From Eledone cirrhosa (Eukaryota): DNA of 64,000 nt. The notes under the pieces are model-generated. The model made no database searches, was not told the origin of the DNA, and saw nothing but the letters and a program-made list of their open reading frames with translations. Each line of letters opens with the position of its first letter. The stretch's first letter is position 1. Position numbers and translations under genes: made by a program. The DNA lies in NCBI GenBank assembly GCA_964016885.1, contig OZ024742.1, positions 254,572,001 to 254,636,000 on the forward strand, in the 5' to 3' direction. Shown piece after piece: positions 12,701 through 27,201 of this stretch.

Positions 12701-13980
12701 GAGATAAAGGCCTGACATCAGTCCAGACAGCATTTGAATGTCGCATCATATCCCTCCGACAACATCTATGAATCTATGAACCTCGAAGCGTAGGAGCCCG
12801 TCTCTCGAGCAAGTCTATCTGCACAAAACAGATAAGACCATGAGAGTTGGGAAGGAACTCCTCGAGAGATATTCCCTGTGTGATAATGAAAAACTCACAC
12901 CCAGCGAAGTCACTCAGCAGTATCGCAGTGAATCCATGGATGAAAACTGCATGCTTATCAGAAAAAAATCATGCATGGATATGTTGCCAGGAAGCTTCAG
13001 AGTGAGAGTAATATAGATAAAGAAAGTAGTCTATCTTGGACCAACAACCACTATATTGGCTCCCACTTTGAAGGATACGCTTTTGCAATACACGGAATAC
13101 CTGATTCACAAAAGAGATAGGGATGTAGGCAAAACACCTAGATGTGATAACAAGTGCAGACTCTGCAGAATTAACATCGAAGATGTCAGCCATGCCGTCA
13201 GCAGCTGTCCAAAGATGTCATTGCGGTACTATCTACCTATGAGGCATAATGTAGTGGCCCAAAACACAGTACAATGCAATCAGTAGAAAAGATAGCCCCG
13301 ATAATAAACACATTAAAAGCTACAGCAATGTGGAAGACATACAAATAGATAATATGAAAGAGTACTGGTGGAATGTTCCAGTAAAAACCCCAATAAAATG
13401 CAGGCATAATAGACCCGATATTATGACATGGGACAGGGAGAAGAAAGCATGCACAGTAGTGGAAGTTAGCTGCCCAGCCGATGTCAATATAATATCAAAG
13501 ATTAGCGAAAAGGAGAATATCTATGCAGAACTGATGAGAAATCTGCAGATACTCCACCCTGATTACACCTCCAGATTTATGCCTGTGATTATTGGGGCAC
13601 TGGGATATGTTAGTAACTACCTCAATACAAATCCTGAGAAGCTGGGCTTCACAGGAACAGAAAGAACACAACTATTTAGGAAATTACAAGTACAATCCAT
13701 TAATGGAACAGGAAAAATATGTAAAATATTCCTAAAATTTTGCATCTAATAACTGCATATACACATGTACAGATACAAAGCATATGCACATGAACACATA
13801 CAACTCAATACATACACATCCACACATACAATAACATCCATATCTACACATGCATGCAGGCATGCATACATAATCTACCTAGTTGATGTTGTGTAAATTC
13901 CAATGAGAGAGTCTTGTGTCTATGTTAGAAACCAACTCTCTCTATTGGTAACAATTTGTTAAATTATAAAACCAGAAGAA
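9748..13980 (+). mobile_element. Near full-length decayed R4-clade (RLE) non-LTR retrotransposon flanked by (CATA)n
   Basis: Fragments with GIFQGDSLS, MEFGQDKC, YRYLG, CRLC...HAVSSC (CCHC) and RPDI...VEVSCP...K (RLE). (CATA)n tracts at ~9703-9747 and 13981-14065. Confidence 0.9.
10285..10471 (+). mobile_element. Full-length Meta-domain SINE with 17-bp TSD, inserted in the R4 element
   Basis: TSD attattaattgtaagtc at 10267-10283 and 10472-10488. Confidence 0.95.
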
Positions 13981-14022
13981 CATACATACATACATACATA
14001 CATACATACATACATACATACA

Positions 14023-14056
<34 letters not shown>

Positions 14057-14100
14057 CATACATACTTACATACAAACATATATACATAAATAGATACATA

Positions 14101-16335
14101 TAAACCTAACCCGTAATTTCTTTGTGGTTGACCTGAAACTCAATGCCAAGAACATAAATAGGATGAAGAAAAATGTTGACCTGGTTACGTTTTCATAGGA
14201 TATAGGAATGGAGTTTGGCCAGGATAAATGTTCATATATGAATGTAAAGCTGGGATAAACTACAAGCCAATCTAGCAACATTTTTATGAAAGGCCTAGAT
14301 GTTTAACTGATATCTGGCGAGGACTGCTACAGATACTTAGGAATAATTGAGAATATATCCTATGATGGTATCTGTAACAAGGAATGTGTCAACCAGGGAA
14401 TATTACACCCTATTAAGAAAAATATGATTATCTGAAATCTCTCTGCACAATAAAACAGTGGGGCTCTAAATGTGTTTGCTGTGTCTGTCCTAACACCACA
14501 ATTTGGAATATTCTATTGGACAATAGACAAAATCCGAATTATTAATGTTAAAATGCGAAAAGTCCTAAACAACACCAGAAAATTCCACATCAACAGTGAT
14601 ATAGACTGCCTCTACTTGAACTGTAAGCAGGAAGACAGAGGCCTAACATCAGTCAGGACAGTATCTGGGTGTTGCATCATATTCCTCCAACAACATATAT
14701 GAACCTCTAAGCCTAGGAGCTCATCTATTGAGGAAGGCTGATTACATAGGACAGATAAGATCATGAGAATTGGGAAGGCACTCTTTGAAAGATACCCCCT
14801 GCATGATAATTAAAAACTCACACCCAGGGAAATTGCTCAGCAGTACTGCAGTGAATCCATGGATGAAAAACTGTATGCTTATCAGCAAAAGGTCATGCAC
14901 AGATATGTTGCCAGGAAGTTCCAGAATGAGAGTAATATAGATAAGCAAAGTAATCTATCTTGGACCAACAACCGCTATAATGGCTCTCAATTTGACGGAT
15001 ATGATTTTGCAATCCAAGAACAGGAAATCAATACAAAATACCTGATTCACAAAAGAGATAGGGATGCAGGTAAAACACCTAGATGTGACAACAAATACAG
15101 ACTCTGCAGAATTAACATTGAAGATGTCACCCATGTCATTAGCAGCACACCAAAGATGACATCACGGTACTATCTGCCTATGAGGCATGATGTAGTGGCC
15201 CAAACTCTATACAATTCAATCCATAGAAAAGATAGCCCCGACAATAAAGATATTAAAAGTTACAGCAATGTGGAAGACATCATCATCATCATCATCATCA
15301 TCAGCATCATCACCATTTTACGTTCGTTCTTCCACGCTAGCAGGGGTTAGATGGGTTGTCCTGTTGTGGGCAGTGTCCGGTTGGCTGACCTTGTCTTGCT
15401 CATACGGGAACTGATTCTGGCTTGATTTCTACACCAACCTCATTTTACAGTGAGAGGTGGGTGTTTTTTTTTCCATGGTGCCTACATGTCCACTTTACAG
15501 TGTGGGCTGGGTGTTCTTTGGCCGTGGCACCTCCATGACCACTTTGCAGTGGAATGATAGGGATCCCAGTCCTATCATCTCATTTCTACAGTTGAGTAGA
15601 CTGGAGAAATGTGAAATAAAGTGTCTTGCTCAAGGAAACAACACATCACCCGGTCCAAGAATTGAACTCACAACCTTTCGATTGCAAGCCCAATGCTCTA
15701 ATCACTAAGCCATGCGCCTTCACGTATATACATAATATGAAAGAGTACTGGTGAAATGTTCCAGTCAAAGCTTCAATAAAATGTAATCATAACAGATCAG
15801 ATATTAGGATATGGGACAGGAAAAAGAATACATATGCAGTATTGAAAATCAGTAGATGCCAATATAATATTAAAGATTAGCAAAAAGGAGAATATCTATG
15901 CAGAACTGATGAGGAATCTGCAGAAACTCCACCCTGTCTATACCTTCAGATTTTTATCTGTGAGGATTGGGAGACTGGGATATGTTAGTAACTGCCTCAG
16001 TACAAATTTTGATAAGCTGGCCTTCACAGAAACAGAAAGAGAATGATGTTAGGAAATTACAAGTACAATCCACTAATGGAAGAGTAAAAATTGTGTAAAA
16101 CATTCCGAAAATTCTGCATGTAATAACTGTTTGTACACATGTATAGGTAGAAAACATATGCACATGCATACATATAACTTAAAACATACACATTCACACA
16201 TACAATAACATCCATACCAGCACACACTCAAACACACACATGCATATATATTTACCTAGTTGATGTTGTCTAAATTCCAATGAAAGTGTTTTGTATCAAT
16301 GTTGGTAAAAATCTATAAAATTATGAAACCAAATG
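14101..16335 (+). mobile_element. Second, 5'-truncated copy of the (CATA)n-associated R4 family
   Basis: Colinear with 12200-13980 (FAIQEQEINTKYLIHKRDRDAGKTPRCD, same 3' UTR). It starts directly after the (CATA)n tail of the first copy. Confidence 0.88.
15281..15723 (-). mobile_element. tRNA-derived SINE with RTE-type (GAT)n tail, inserted in the R4 copy
   Basis: Minus strand reads gtgaaggcgcatggcttagtg...gagttcaattc...ccttgagcaagacactt, with a tail shared with 2930-3003. R4 sequence resumes in register on both sides. Confidence 0.8.
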
Positions 16336-16339
16336 GACA

Positions 16340-16990
16340 TCCATATATTGAAGGAGGAGGGGAGGGTGGGGAAAAGTGGTGCATACTGGATGTATGCTTC
16401 AACCTGTGCACATGGGAAGGCAGGTCTTCTGCATTATTGGCTAGAGGTCTCGATCTTGTGTCAGCACCTATAAGAGTTGCAATTGTGCAAGATCAGCTTT
16501 AATACCTCATCTTAGTTCTTCCTACTCCATAGCTTTCATCAACTTTGATGGCCTTGCAACTTTTTATACAGTTGTCACCCTTCATACACATCACATGGTC
16601 ATACTAATGCAATATCTTCTCCTGCACAATTCATATGATCACTTTTACGCCCAGTTTCTCAGTCCATTTACATTTTGCTATCCTTGTATATTGCTGTTAC
16701 ACATCAATCGAAGCTTGCTAGCTTCATTTCTTTCCAATCATCATAGATCCTCAGCATGCATCATCTAGGTCTCACTACCATGCAACATTGCTTTTCATAT
16801 ACACACATCATAAAATCTGCCCTTCATTTTGAGGGAATAAACATATGTAGTTAGCAACAGCAGTAGCTCCCTGAACTTTCTCGATCCTGTTCTCACTCTG
16901 GCTACTGTTCTTTCAGGACACCCACCTTCACTGCTAATTTTGTCACCCAGGTAATGGAAACTATCAACTACTTTAAAGTAGTTAGAATCC
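16340..16990 (-). mobile_element. Decayed RTE LINE fragment (RT thumb and C-terminal region)
   Basis: Minus-strand translation KVVDSFHYLGDKISSEGGC...FRELL...MLHGSET. Confidence 0.7.
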
Positions 16991-17983
16991 TGTGGACTCT
17001 TGCTACTTACTGCACCACATATAAAACTATGTTAGCCTACCTGCAAACCCAACCTTGTGTACCCTGTATATTCATTGTATTAAGGTTAAATAATGAGTCT
17101 TGTTACTCTGGAGTTTCGCCTGTTTATCACAGGCTCATCAAGAACTAACATTTCAATAGCAGACACAGTATAAATAAAGGAAGACTGAAGGTGAGGAAGG
17201 GGATTTAATTGAGGAAGGATAATTAAGATACGGTGGGCAGGGTGGTGGTAGTAGTGTGGAGATAGGACTGTGTGAAAGAGGTGACAATGGCAGATAATGG
17301 ACGTAGCCACTATTCAGCTTTAATAAAAGGATTATTAAAACTCTAATGTGATCTTCCCTATAGTTAATTCTAAGCCTTATTTAAAATAGATAATTATTTG
17401 TATTTATAAACTTCCCTGAATTATTTTCTAAGTGGTATATGACTGACTAATTGTCTTATATATATTTATAGTTATGTAATAAACAACATAAGATAATTAT
17501 TTCATTTACCAGTGGTTTCTTGAAAGCAACCAAAATTGCTTTCATTCATCAGAATGAAAAAATCCTGGTGTCTTTATTGACAGTTGATTTGAAAAGCAAA
17601 AATAGAACAGATATGAAAGTGAGGCTGGAGGAAAAAAAATGGGGGGGGGGGGGGAGAATAATTATCTATAAAAGGCTGATTGTTGTTGTTGTGTGTGTGT
17701 GTGCATGTTCCATGTTTATACATTTGCACAATTTCAAACCGATTCGACTCAATGTCTGTAAGAATGTTGTAAATGGTCTAACTTAGATAAAAAACTATTT
17801 ATTTATTTCAAACTCACCCACAATTAGGGAAATAATCGATAGAACTAAATACATGACGCTTTACCCCTCTAATACAATCTGATTACCTCTCTCTACTCCC
17901 GTTAAAATTCGATAAAACTTCATAGATGCTGCAACTTTCTCTTATATACGCTTAAACTTACAAACTTCCTTTAGGAATGCTGA

Positions 17984-18064
<81 letters not shown>

Positions 18065-18209
18065 CGTTTGTTTTCGAGTCGAAACAACAATTATTCAAAA
18101 GCAACAGAAAATGTATTCAACAACAAAAAAAATAGCGATAAATCTTTTTTAAAATATCTTTCAACGATCGTGGAATAAAGAAGTATCAGTTTATTTACTA
18201 TACACAATA

Positions 18210-18395
18210 ATATCCTCTATGAGGTCACTAAACCTGCTAGAAACAGCAGCTAACTCTCCCACATATCACACCGCTCCCTACTATCTTAAATTTAGAAAAC
18301 ACATATCCTCTGTGAGGTCACTAAACCTGCTAGAAACAGCAGCTAACTCTCCCCCATATCACACCCCTCCCTACTGTCTTAAATTTAGAAAACAC
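18210..18395 (+). repeat. Tandem duplication of a 93-bp unit
   Basis: atatcctct.tgaggtcactaaacctgctagaaacagcagc...ttagaaaacac at 18210 and 18303. Confidence 0.9.
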
Positions 18396-18670
18396 AGACA
18401 ACCATGCAGAACAACTCCATCGCAGCTCTGTTGTTCGGCTGGCATCGTCTACGCGCGTGTTGCGCAAGTACTGTGAAACAATAAATTTCAACACTTCTTT
18501 GCACAGAGATAATATCCATAGGCGAAACTACAATTGTCATTGCTGGCGCAGCTCCTGCTTCGGCAGTACGGGTCTGCAATTCATTTACCCAGTGCCAGGC
18601 AGACAAAAAGGTGCTGCCATAGAACGTTGGTAATTTACTGACCCCGAGCAACGCCGGGCTTTAATGCTAG
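18396..18670 (+). mobile_element. Helitron-like 3' terminus
   Basis: GC-rich hairpin cccgagcaacgccggg followed 8 nt later by CTAG|T. The 5' end could not be defined. Confidence 0.55.
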
Positions 18671-18856
18671 TAATAAATAAGAATATATAACAACACTCAC
18701 GTATACACACACACGCACACACGCACACACTCACATATACACACATATATACATATATATATATACACACATACACGCACATATACACATATATATACAC
18801 AGACACACATATACAAACACATACATGTATATATATATACATTCATAAACACACCT

Positions 18857-18908
<52 letters not shown>

Positions 18909-19204
18909 ATACATGTACACACATACATATATATATATATATACACATATATATATATACATATATATACATACACATACATACATACATACATACACAC
19001 ACACATACATACACACATATATACACACATGCATACGTACTCACATATAAAAGGATACATATGCACACACAAATAAGAATAAATAATCTTAATAGGCCGT
19101 CACATACAAATAAGCAAATACAAAATAAGGATTAAGAAAATAAAAAATAAAATATATTATTAAGTTGACAGCGATACATGACGGCAAAATTTAAAATAAA
19201 AATT

Positions 19205-19206
19205 AA

Positions 19207-19270
<64 letters not shown>

Positions 19271-21000
19271 TTTTCTTTATTAACCACAAGGGTTTACATA
19301 AAGTAGACATTAAGGATAGTACAGGACAATACAGGACGGTACAAATGGGCATTTCTGCGTGTAAAAAAAACAGAGGTTGAAATAAAATAACAAAGAAAAA
19401 TTCCCCAATAGGGGGGAGACTTCCGAGGGACATTTGTGGAGAAAGCCCATTAAAAGACCACAGTGGCCCTGACCACCAGGGCAAGTGCCCTCTCCCAGTT
19501 TTCCACCTTTAATTTACAGACACATACTCAGAGAAGGCCCATTCATTCGGGCCATACTTGCTTCTCTCACCCATCTTTCAACAAAATGCTGGGAAGAGAG
19601 CACTTCCCTCTCTACCCTGATTTTCCTTTTCAAATGAAATTTGAAAAAGTTAATCAGGGCATCACCGAAGAGGTAAGTGCTCGTCTTCAGCCCTTTCAAA
19701 CGTGTCCACCATACTATCTCTTTCGCCATGGCCACCAGACAGATAAAAACTGCCTGCCCTTCCCGGCTAAAGGAAGGGGGCGGGGCAATCCTCACGATGG
19801 ACTCAGCTGATAGCTGGATCCGTCCTGCACGTGACAGCAGGTGTTCGACATAAACCCACAAGTCAGCAATGCTCGGACACTGGACGAGTGCGTGCAGGAC
19901 GGTTTTGTCGCCCTGCGCGCATCTCGGACATGCCCGGCTGACGGCACCTCCATGCCTGTAGAGTTTATCCCGAACTGGCAAAGCTCCACGGTAGCACTGC
20001 CAGGCCAGGGATTTCTGGAAGTTGTCCATAGGCCCCGGCCCGAAAGTCCTTCCTAAGAGATTAGCTAGTTGATTTTCGTCGACGCCTAGAGTTTCTCCAA
20101 GTACGTCGTCGCTCTTCCCCTCCACTAATCCTCTATAGAACGCCAAGATGGAGTTTCCACCGATCAAATTGCCCAATTGGTTGACGGCTGTAAGCGCCTG
20201 AAGACATTCCAGTCTCCAAACGCTCTATCTCGGTCTTCGCTTGACCCAGGACTGCAGCTCCGTCAAGGAGACGAGCTGGGGAAAGACGTGTCTAGCAAAC
20301 GGCGACCACACCTGATCACCGTCGAGGAAGAGGTGGAGATGTCGTAGCCTGAGCGCGTGTCTGCGCATCATCATCCACTGCATGCCCAGCCCTCCACGTA
20401 GCGGGTGTTGACAGCAGATAGACCGCCTGGCCATCGGAGCGCGTCCCTTCCACAGAAAGCGAAAGAGCAAACGCTCCAGTGCAGTCAGGCGGGGCTTAGG
20501 ACAAGGTACAACGGTCAGGCGGTAGTAGATGACGGACGCGATGTACGCGTTAGCCACCTCCGCTCGACCTTTCAGGGATAGCTTCCTCTCCGCCCATTTA
20601 TGGGTGAGAGAAGCCACCCAGTTTTTGTCCGTCTGGATGTCCGGACCGAACCAGACCACTAGGAATTTAACCGGTCTGTCCGTCCAGCGCCCGACGACGC
20701 TGTTGGACGGCATGGACCTGCCTCTCCAGGTGCCGAGCTGCAGGCCCACTGACTTTCACCGCTTCGTATTCTCTTAGTGTAGTGCCGATCGCCTCGATGT
20801 GTTTGGCGTTCGACACCACTACGGTGACATCGTCCGCATATGCTAACACAGTTTGTGCAGTAATGGCTCGAGAGTCAATACGTACAAGAGGGACGAGAGG
20901 GTACATCCTTGCCGGACCGAGCTCATGATGTTGAACGGTTCTGAAAGTTGACCGTTTACTCTCACCACAGAGCAGATGTCGCTGTGCATGGCAGCGATCC
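19205..21000 (-). mobile_element. 5'-truncated Tx1/L1-clade LINE ORF2 (RT and zinc finger) with (ATT)n tail
   Basis: SVRQGCTLS, AYADDV, LSLKGRAEVAN, GGLG, CPRC...TVLHALVQC. The 3' end reads cccttgtggttaataaagaaaac(att)n. Confidence 0.9.
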
Positions 21001-21834
21001 AAAACAAACTTAAACACGAACTAATTCCTATAAGTTCATAATTCATTTAATCTTTTCTTCATTCACCTTATATCCTTAATATTTTTATTTTAAATAAAAT
21101 ACATATTAATAAATTCCTTTTCGCACATATTATTAAACCATTCAATATATAAACCTTAAATAAATACTATTCTTAATTCCTTTTTCTTTAATCATAAACA
21201 TCACCATTCATAAACCTCATTAACTTTTAATTTCAACATTTTTTTAAAACTATGTATTATCTTACAACGTTTTTTTTTTATTTTCTCTGTGAGACAGTGT
21301 TTCTCAGTATTAAAGGTTATCTCTCTCTCTCTCACGCATTTCTCCTCCTCTCTCATCCTTCCTTCTTATACTCCTCCCCCGTCATCCTTTATTTTCTTTC
21401 TTCCTCTTCCTTACCTTTTCCTTCCCCCTCCTTTTTTTTCCCAATCTCATATATACATCTTACTTTATTTTTCATATGTTGATTTACCACTTCACTGCTC
21501 GCAAGTATTTTTTAAACTTCATATCATGTCTCCCTATTTTATCTGATGGGAACGCAAATATCATCCCATGATGATATTTGTTCTTGAAATGCGCATAATA
21601 AAATACATGGAACTGTGTTAATTATCTTTTGATCTTATATTATATATATATGTGTATGTATGAATGTATGTATATATATATGTATATGTGTGCGTGTATA
21701 TATATATATGTTTATATATATATATGTGTGTGTGTATGTGTATAGGTGTGTATATGTGTATATAAATATATATGTGTATGTGGTTGTATGTGTGGTTGTA
21801 TGTGTGGTTGTATGTGGTTGTATGTATGTATTTA

Positions 21835-22075
21835 TGTATCCCAGTACAACCTGTCTCATGGTCGGGTCGTTGGCGACTAAACTGGCAACCCCACCAAGGT
21901 TTCTTGGTGAGGAGGGTGACTTTGGACATCCTGCAGGACTAAAAACAAAACCTGTCAAAGCAGCTCTTAAGAGTCAATGGCTATCCAAAATCACCGGGAG
22001 AGATGACCCCTTAGCCTTTGTCAAGGCAGAATTCTAGGAGAAGGAAAACTCTGATATAACACCTGCAACTCTGAT
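21835..22075 (+). mobile_element. Isolated LINE 5' UTR-like module
   Basis: ctaggagaaggaaaactctga (RTE 5' UTR-like) and a block shared with the R4 5' UTR at 42280-42375. Confidence 0.5.
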
Positions 22076-23188
22076 GGTATCCAATGATGTTGACTTGTTC
22101 TTCTTTTTGGTAAATATCATCTTGGTTAAGAGAGTGGGACTGGCTTTGTGCAGTGCCTTTGCTCACTATAAAAGCTTCACGGCACAGGCATTGCTTTATA
22201 TCTGGAGATCTCTCTGCACTTGTCGTCACATGTTACCATGGGCCCAGCACTATGTGTCAGTAATTGTCACAAGTGTACTGTTTGTACCAGAGTTTTCAAG
22301 TCGCTGGCTGGACTAAAAAGTCACACTCGTTCAGCGCATCGGTAGGAGTTCTCCTACATGGATATAAAGTAGTGGCCGTACTCGAAAACGAGTTGGCAGC
22401 CACCATGTGTGCGTCTATATGTATTATTATGTATATACGCTTTTGTGTCTGTGCTGTGTTTATATATATGGGGTGTGCTTGTATATTTATATGTATTCGC
22501 ATGTGATTGTGTATATGTATATATATGTGTGTGTGTGTATGTACACATATATATGTGTATGGGTGTGTGTATATATATATATATATATATATTTAGTTTT
22601 TTTTGTGCATTTGCTTACCACATGCGTTTGGTCATTTATTATTATTATTATAATTATACTTATTTTTATTTTTATTTTAAATTTTGCCGTCATGTATCGC
22701 TGTCAACTTAATAATATTTTTTATTTTTTATTTTCTTAATCCTTATTTTTTATTTGCTGATTTGTTTGTGACGGCCTATTATGGTTATTTATTCTTATTT
22801 GTGTGTGTGCATATGTATCCTTTTATATGTGAGTACGTATCCATATGTATATATATATATATTTATTCAGGTTTGAGGTTCACCACTGTATAGAGCTGGT
22901 CTATTCCGTATGGTCAATCGTAATGCAATAATATAGAGAGTACTCAACGTAAAGCAGTTCAACCGTCTTTGTTTTTGTAGTTGGTGGTGCTATTACGGAG
23001 TTAAATATTATAATGAAATGACAGGAGGCTGGATTTGTGTAAATCCTTGAAAGGTTTATTATACTATGATCATTTCAATGACCGGGTTCCGTATGAATCC
23101 GGTGATATCATCAGGTATTCGAAATATAATACGTGAATGTAATAGATAAAATCCATGGGGCTGAAAATCGAGGACCCGAGGGCGACCG

Positions 23189-23253
<65 letters not shown>

Positions 23254-23294
23254 TATATATATATAGAAATATATGTTGGTGTTTTTATGTATGG

Positions 23295-23326
<32 letters not shown>

Positions 23327-23566
23327 TATACATGTATGTGTGTGTATATGTGTCTCTGTGTGCATATATGTGTATATGAGCGTGTATGTGTGTATATATA
23401 TATGTATATATTATCCGATATTTGCATTGCCCTATTGTGCTACAATAAAACTCACCTCCCACATATGTATATATATGAAATAGTGTGTGCTCTTACTCAT
23501 AATAATTTCTATATATATATACATAAAAGAAATACATAAAAATTTATTTTCAATTTTATGCATACA

Positions 23567-23728
<162 letters not shown>

Positions 23729-23732
23729 TATG

Positions 23733-23806
<74 letters not shown>

Positions 23807-23810
23807 TATG

Positions 23811-23929
<119 letters not shown>

Positions 23930-23937
23930 CTATACAG

Positions 23938-23988
<51 letters not shown>

Positions 23989-24009
23989 TATATATATATA
24001 TATATATAC

Positions 24010-24290
24010 ATACATACATACTCAAAATAAAAATAAAGGGAAGGGAGGGGTATTCAAATAGTAGCGCATACGACAAATACAAAATAAAAAATAATGGTAT
24101 AAATGTTTATAGCTGATTAAGAGCACTCAACATTTCCTGGAGCAAATAATCAATATAAGTAAGCATTAAAAAACTCTGTATGTAATTATGCATATACATA
24201 CAAAACCATACACACACACACAACCAACTGCATACAAATATATATACATATACATATATACATATATATACATATATATATATATATATA

Positions 24291-24372
<82 letters not shown>

Positions 24373-25314
24373 CATATATATATGTATATATAAACACACA
24401 CACATAAGTACAAAGAGTTACAACACCATATAAATAAAAATACACACATACACACATATATATATATATATATACATACACTTATATACACGACGACATA
24501 CATACACGTAAAATTAATATCTAAAAATCAAAAGGGCGTGGGTATGTAAAGGGTAAGGTGGAGAGTGGGTGGGAATAAGGAAAATAAATAACGTAAGAAA
24601 AAGTAAAAAAATAAGAGGAGATAAGGGAGGAAAAGAAAATAAGGGTACAGAAAGTGAGTTCAGAGAGTAATAAAAGTCGTAGTAGATGTAAGGCGTAAAG
24701 AGCAAAGAAGAAGTTCAAGGTGGTTAAGTCATGGTAGCGACCTTGAACTTCTTTGCTACGACTTTGCTTTACGCCTTACATCTACTACGACTTTTATTAC
24801 TCTCTGAACTCACTTTCTGTACCCTTATTTTCTCTTTCTCCCTTATCTCCTCTTATTTTTTAACTTTTTCTTACGTTATTTATTTTCATTATTCCCACCC
24901 ACTCTCTACCTTACCCTTTACATACCCTCGCCCTTTTGATTTTTAGATATTAATTTTACGTGTATGGGCGGTGGATTGGCAGTATCGGTAGAGGGTCGGA
25001 CGCCATGCTTTGACGCATAGAGTTACGGCCCTTGCCATTCTGAGTTCAAATCCCGCCGAGGTTAACTTTGCCTTTTATCCTTACGGGGTCGATAAAATAA
25101 AGTACCAGTAATATACTGGGTAATTTCTGGCCTTGTGCCAATAGTAGAAACAATTAATTTTACGTGTATGTATGTTGTCGTGTATATGTGTATATAAGTG
25201 TATGTATATATATATATATATATATATGTGTGTATATGTATGTATACATTTTTATATATATGTGTATGTGTATGTGTATGTATGTGTATACATGTATATA
25301 TATATGTGTATATA

Positions 25315-25369
<55 letters not shown>

Positions 25370-25616
25370 TTATATGTGTGTGTGTGTGTATGGTGTCGCG
25401 TATATGTGTATATAAATGTATGTATATATATATATATGTGTATATGTATGTATACATTTATATATATATGTGTATGTATGTGTAAATATGTATATATATA
25501 TATGTGTGTGTGTTTATATGTGTGTGTGTGTGTATTTTTATTTATGTTGTGTTGTAATCCTTTGTACTTATGTGTGTGTGTATATTAGTGTGTGTGTGTA
25601 TATATACATATATATG

Positions 25617-25665
<49 letters not shown>

Positions 25666-25910
25666 GTATATATGTATATATGTATATGTATATATATTTG
25701 TATGTAGTTGGTTGTGTGTGTATGTATGGTTTTGTAGGAATATGCATAATTACATACAGAGTTTTTTAATGTTTACTTTTATTGAGTATTTGCTCCAGGA
25801 AATGTTGAGTGCTCTTAATCAGCTATAAACATTTATACAAGTATTTTTTATTTGTCGTATGCCCTACTATTTGAATACCCTTCCTTTCCTTTATTTTTAT
25901 TTTGTGTATG

Positions 25911-25915
<5 letters not shown>
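24010..25915. repeat. Large palindrome with ~20-bp spacer at ~24721-24740, right arm interrupted by a SINE
   Basis: 24505-24720 mirrors 24741-24962 and 24020-24240 mirrors 25697-25910. The mirrored ORFs 24521-24718(-) and 24731-24946(+) show the same thing. Confidence 0.92.
24967..25152 (+). mobile_element. Full-length Meta-domain SINE with 18-bp TSD
   Basis: TSD attaattttacgtgtatg at 24949-24966 and 25153-25170. Confidence 0.95.
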
Positions 25916-25952
<37 letters not shown>

Positions 25953-26004
25953 CATACATATATACATAAACGTATATATATATATACATATATATATACA
26001 TAAA

Positions 26005-26055
<51 letters not shown>

Positions 26056-26069
26056 CATACATACATACA

Positions 26070-26883
26070 AAAACCGCAAAAGAAACATAACATGGTACAA
26101 CGCACCCTTCAACCTACAAATTATTGGACAAATCTCCCAAAAATTCTTTGAAATTCTACATAAACATTTTCCACCAAACCACAGATACCACCAAATATTT
26201 AACAAATATACTGTTAAATTCTCATACTCTACATCAAACAATCTCCAGCCAAAAATAAGCAACTACAACATTTATAAACTTAAGAACAATATGACTACAC
26301 CACCATAACATAATTTAAATAGGACTGCACCTTTTAAAAAGGCAAATAATACAATCCTTCAACATAGAAAACACAACCAGCCAAATCACCAACACAAAAT
26401 CACAATACAACCCTTGCACCAAACAACCCACAAAGCAACCTTCATTCTCCTGCTAGCATTAATTACAATAGGAATAGCTCAAGGATTATTGAGAATATTA
26501 TAGGCACCACCAACAACCATCTTACGTATGGCTGTAATTGCAGAAATAGAAGCATTTGCCCCTTAAATGGCAACTATTTGATTAATAATGTAATATATAA
26601 ATGCACTGTGTCTACAACAGACTCCAACAAAAAATATATAGGATTTACATCAAACACATTTAAGAAAAGATTTTACGCACACTCTAGTAGTTTCAACAAT
26701 ACTAAACTAGCTCACACCACATCTTTAGCTGAAGCAGTAAATAATTATAAAAAGAAAAAAATAGATTTCAAGTTATCGTGGAACACCATTCTACAAAGAA
26801 CTCCATATCTTGGGAACAGGAGGGAATGCAGATTATGTTCAGGGGAGATCTTGGAAATTACTAAATCTAGGCTTATGCGTTAA
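26070..26883 (+). pseudogene. Penelope-like element remnant: RT C-terminus, linker and GIY-YIG endonuclease
   Basis: [12 protein letters not shown]...[30 protein letters not shown]...YIGFTSNTFKKRFYAH, CRLC. A probable 3' terminus with gaaacgatcgta lies near 28094-28105. Confidence 0.85.
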
Positions 26884-27133
26884 TGACTAAAGGCAACAAG
26901 GTACACAGCCACCCGTAATTGCATGAGTAAATATATATCTATGGATGATATGGAAATATATTTATGTGTGTATATATATATTTATGTATGTGTATATATG
27001 TATATATATATATGTATATGTATGTGTGTATATATATATGTGTGTTTCTGTGTGTGTATATGTGAGTATATGTGTATGAGTGTTTATATATGAGTGTGCG
27101 TACACGTATGAGATGTGGACATACACATATATG

Positions 27134-27201
<68 letters not shown>

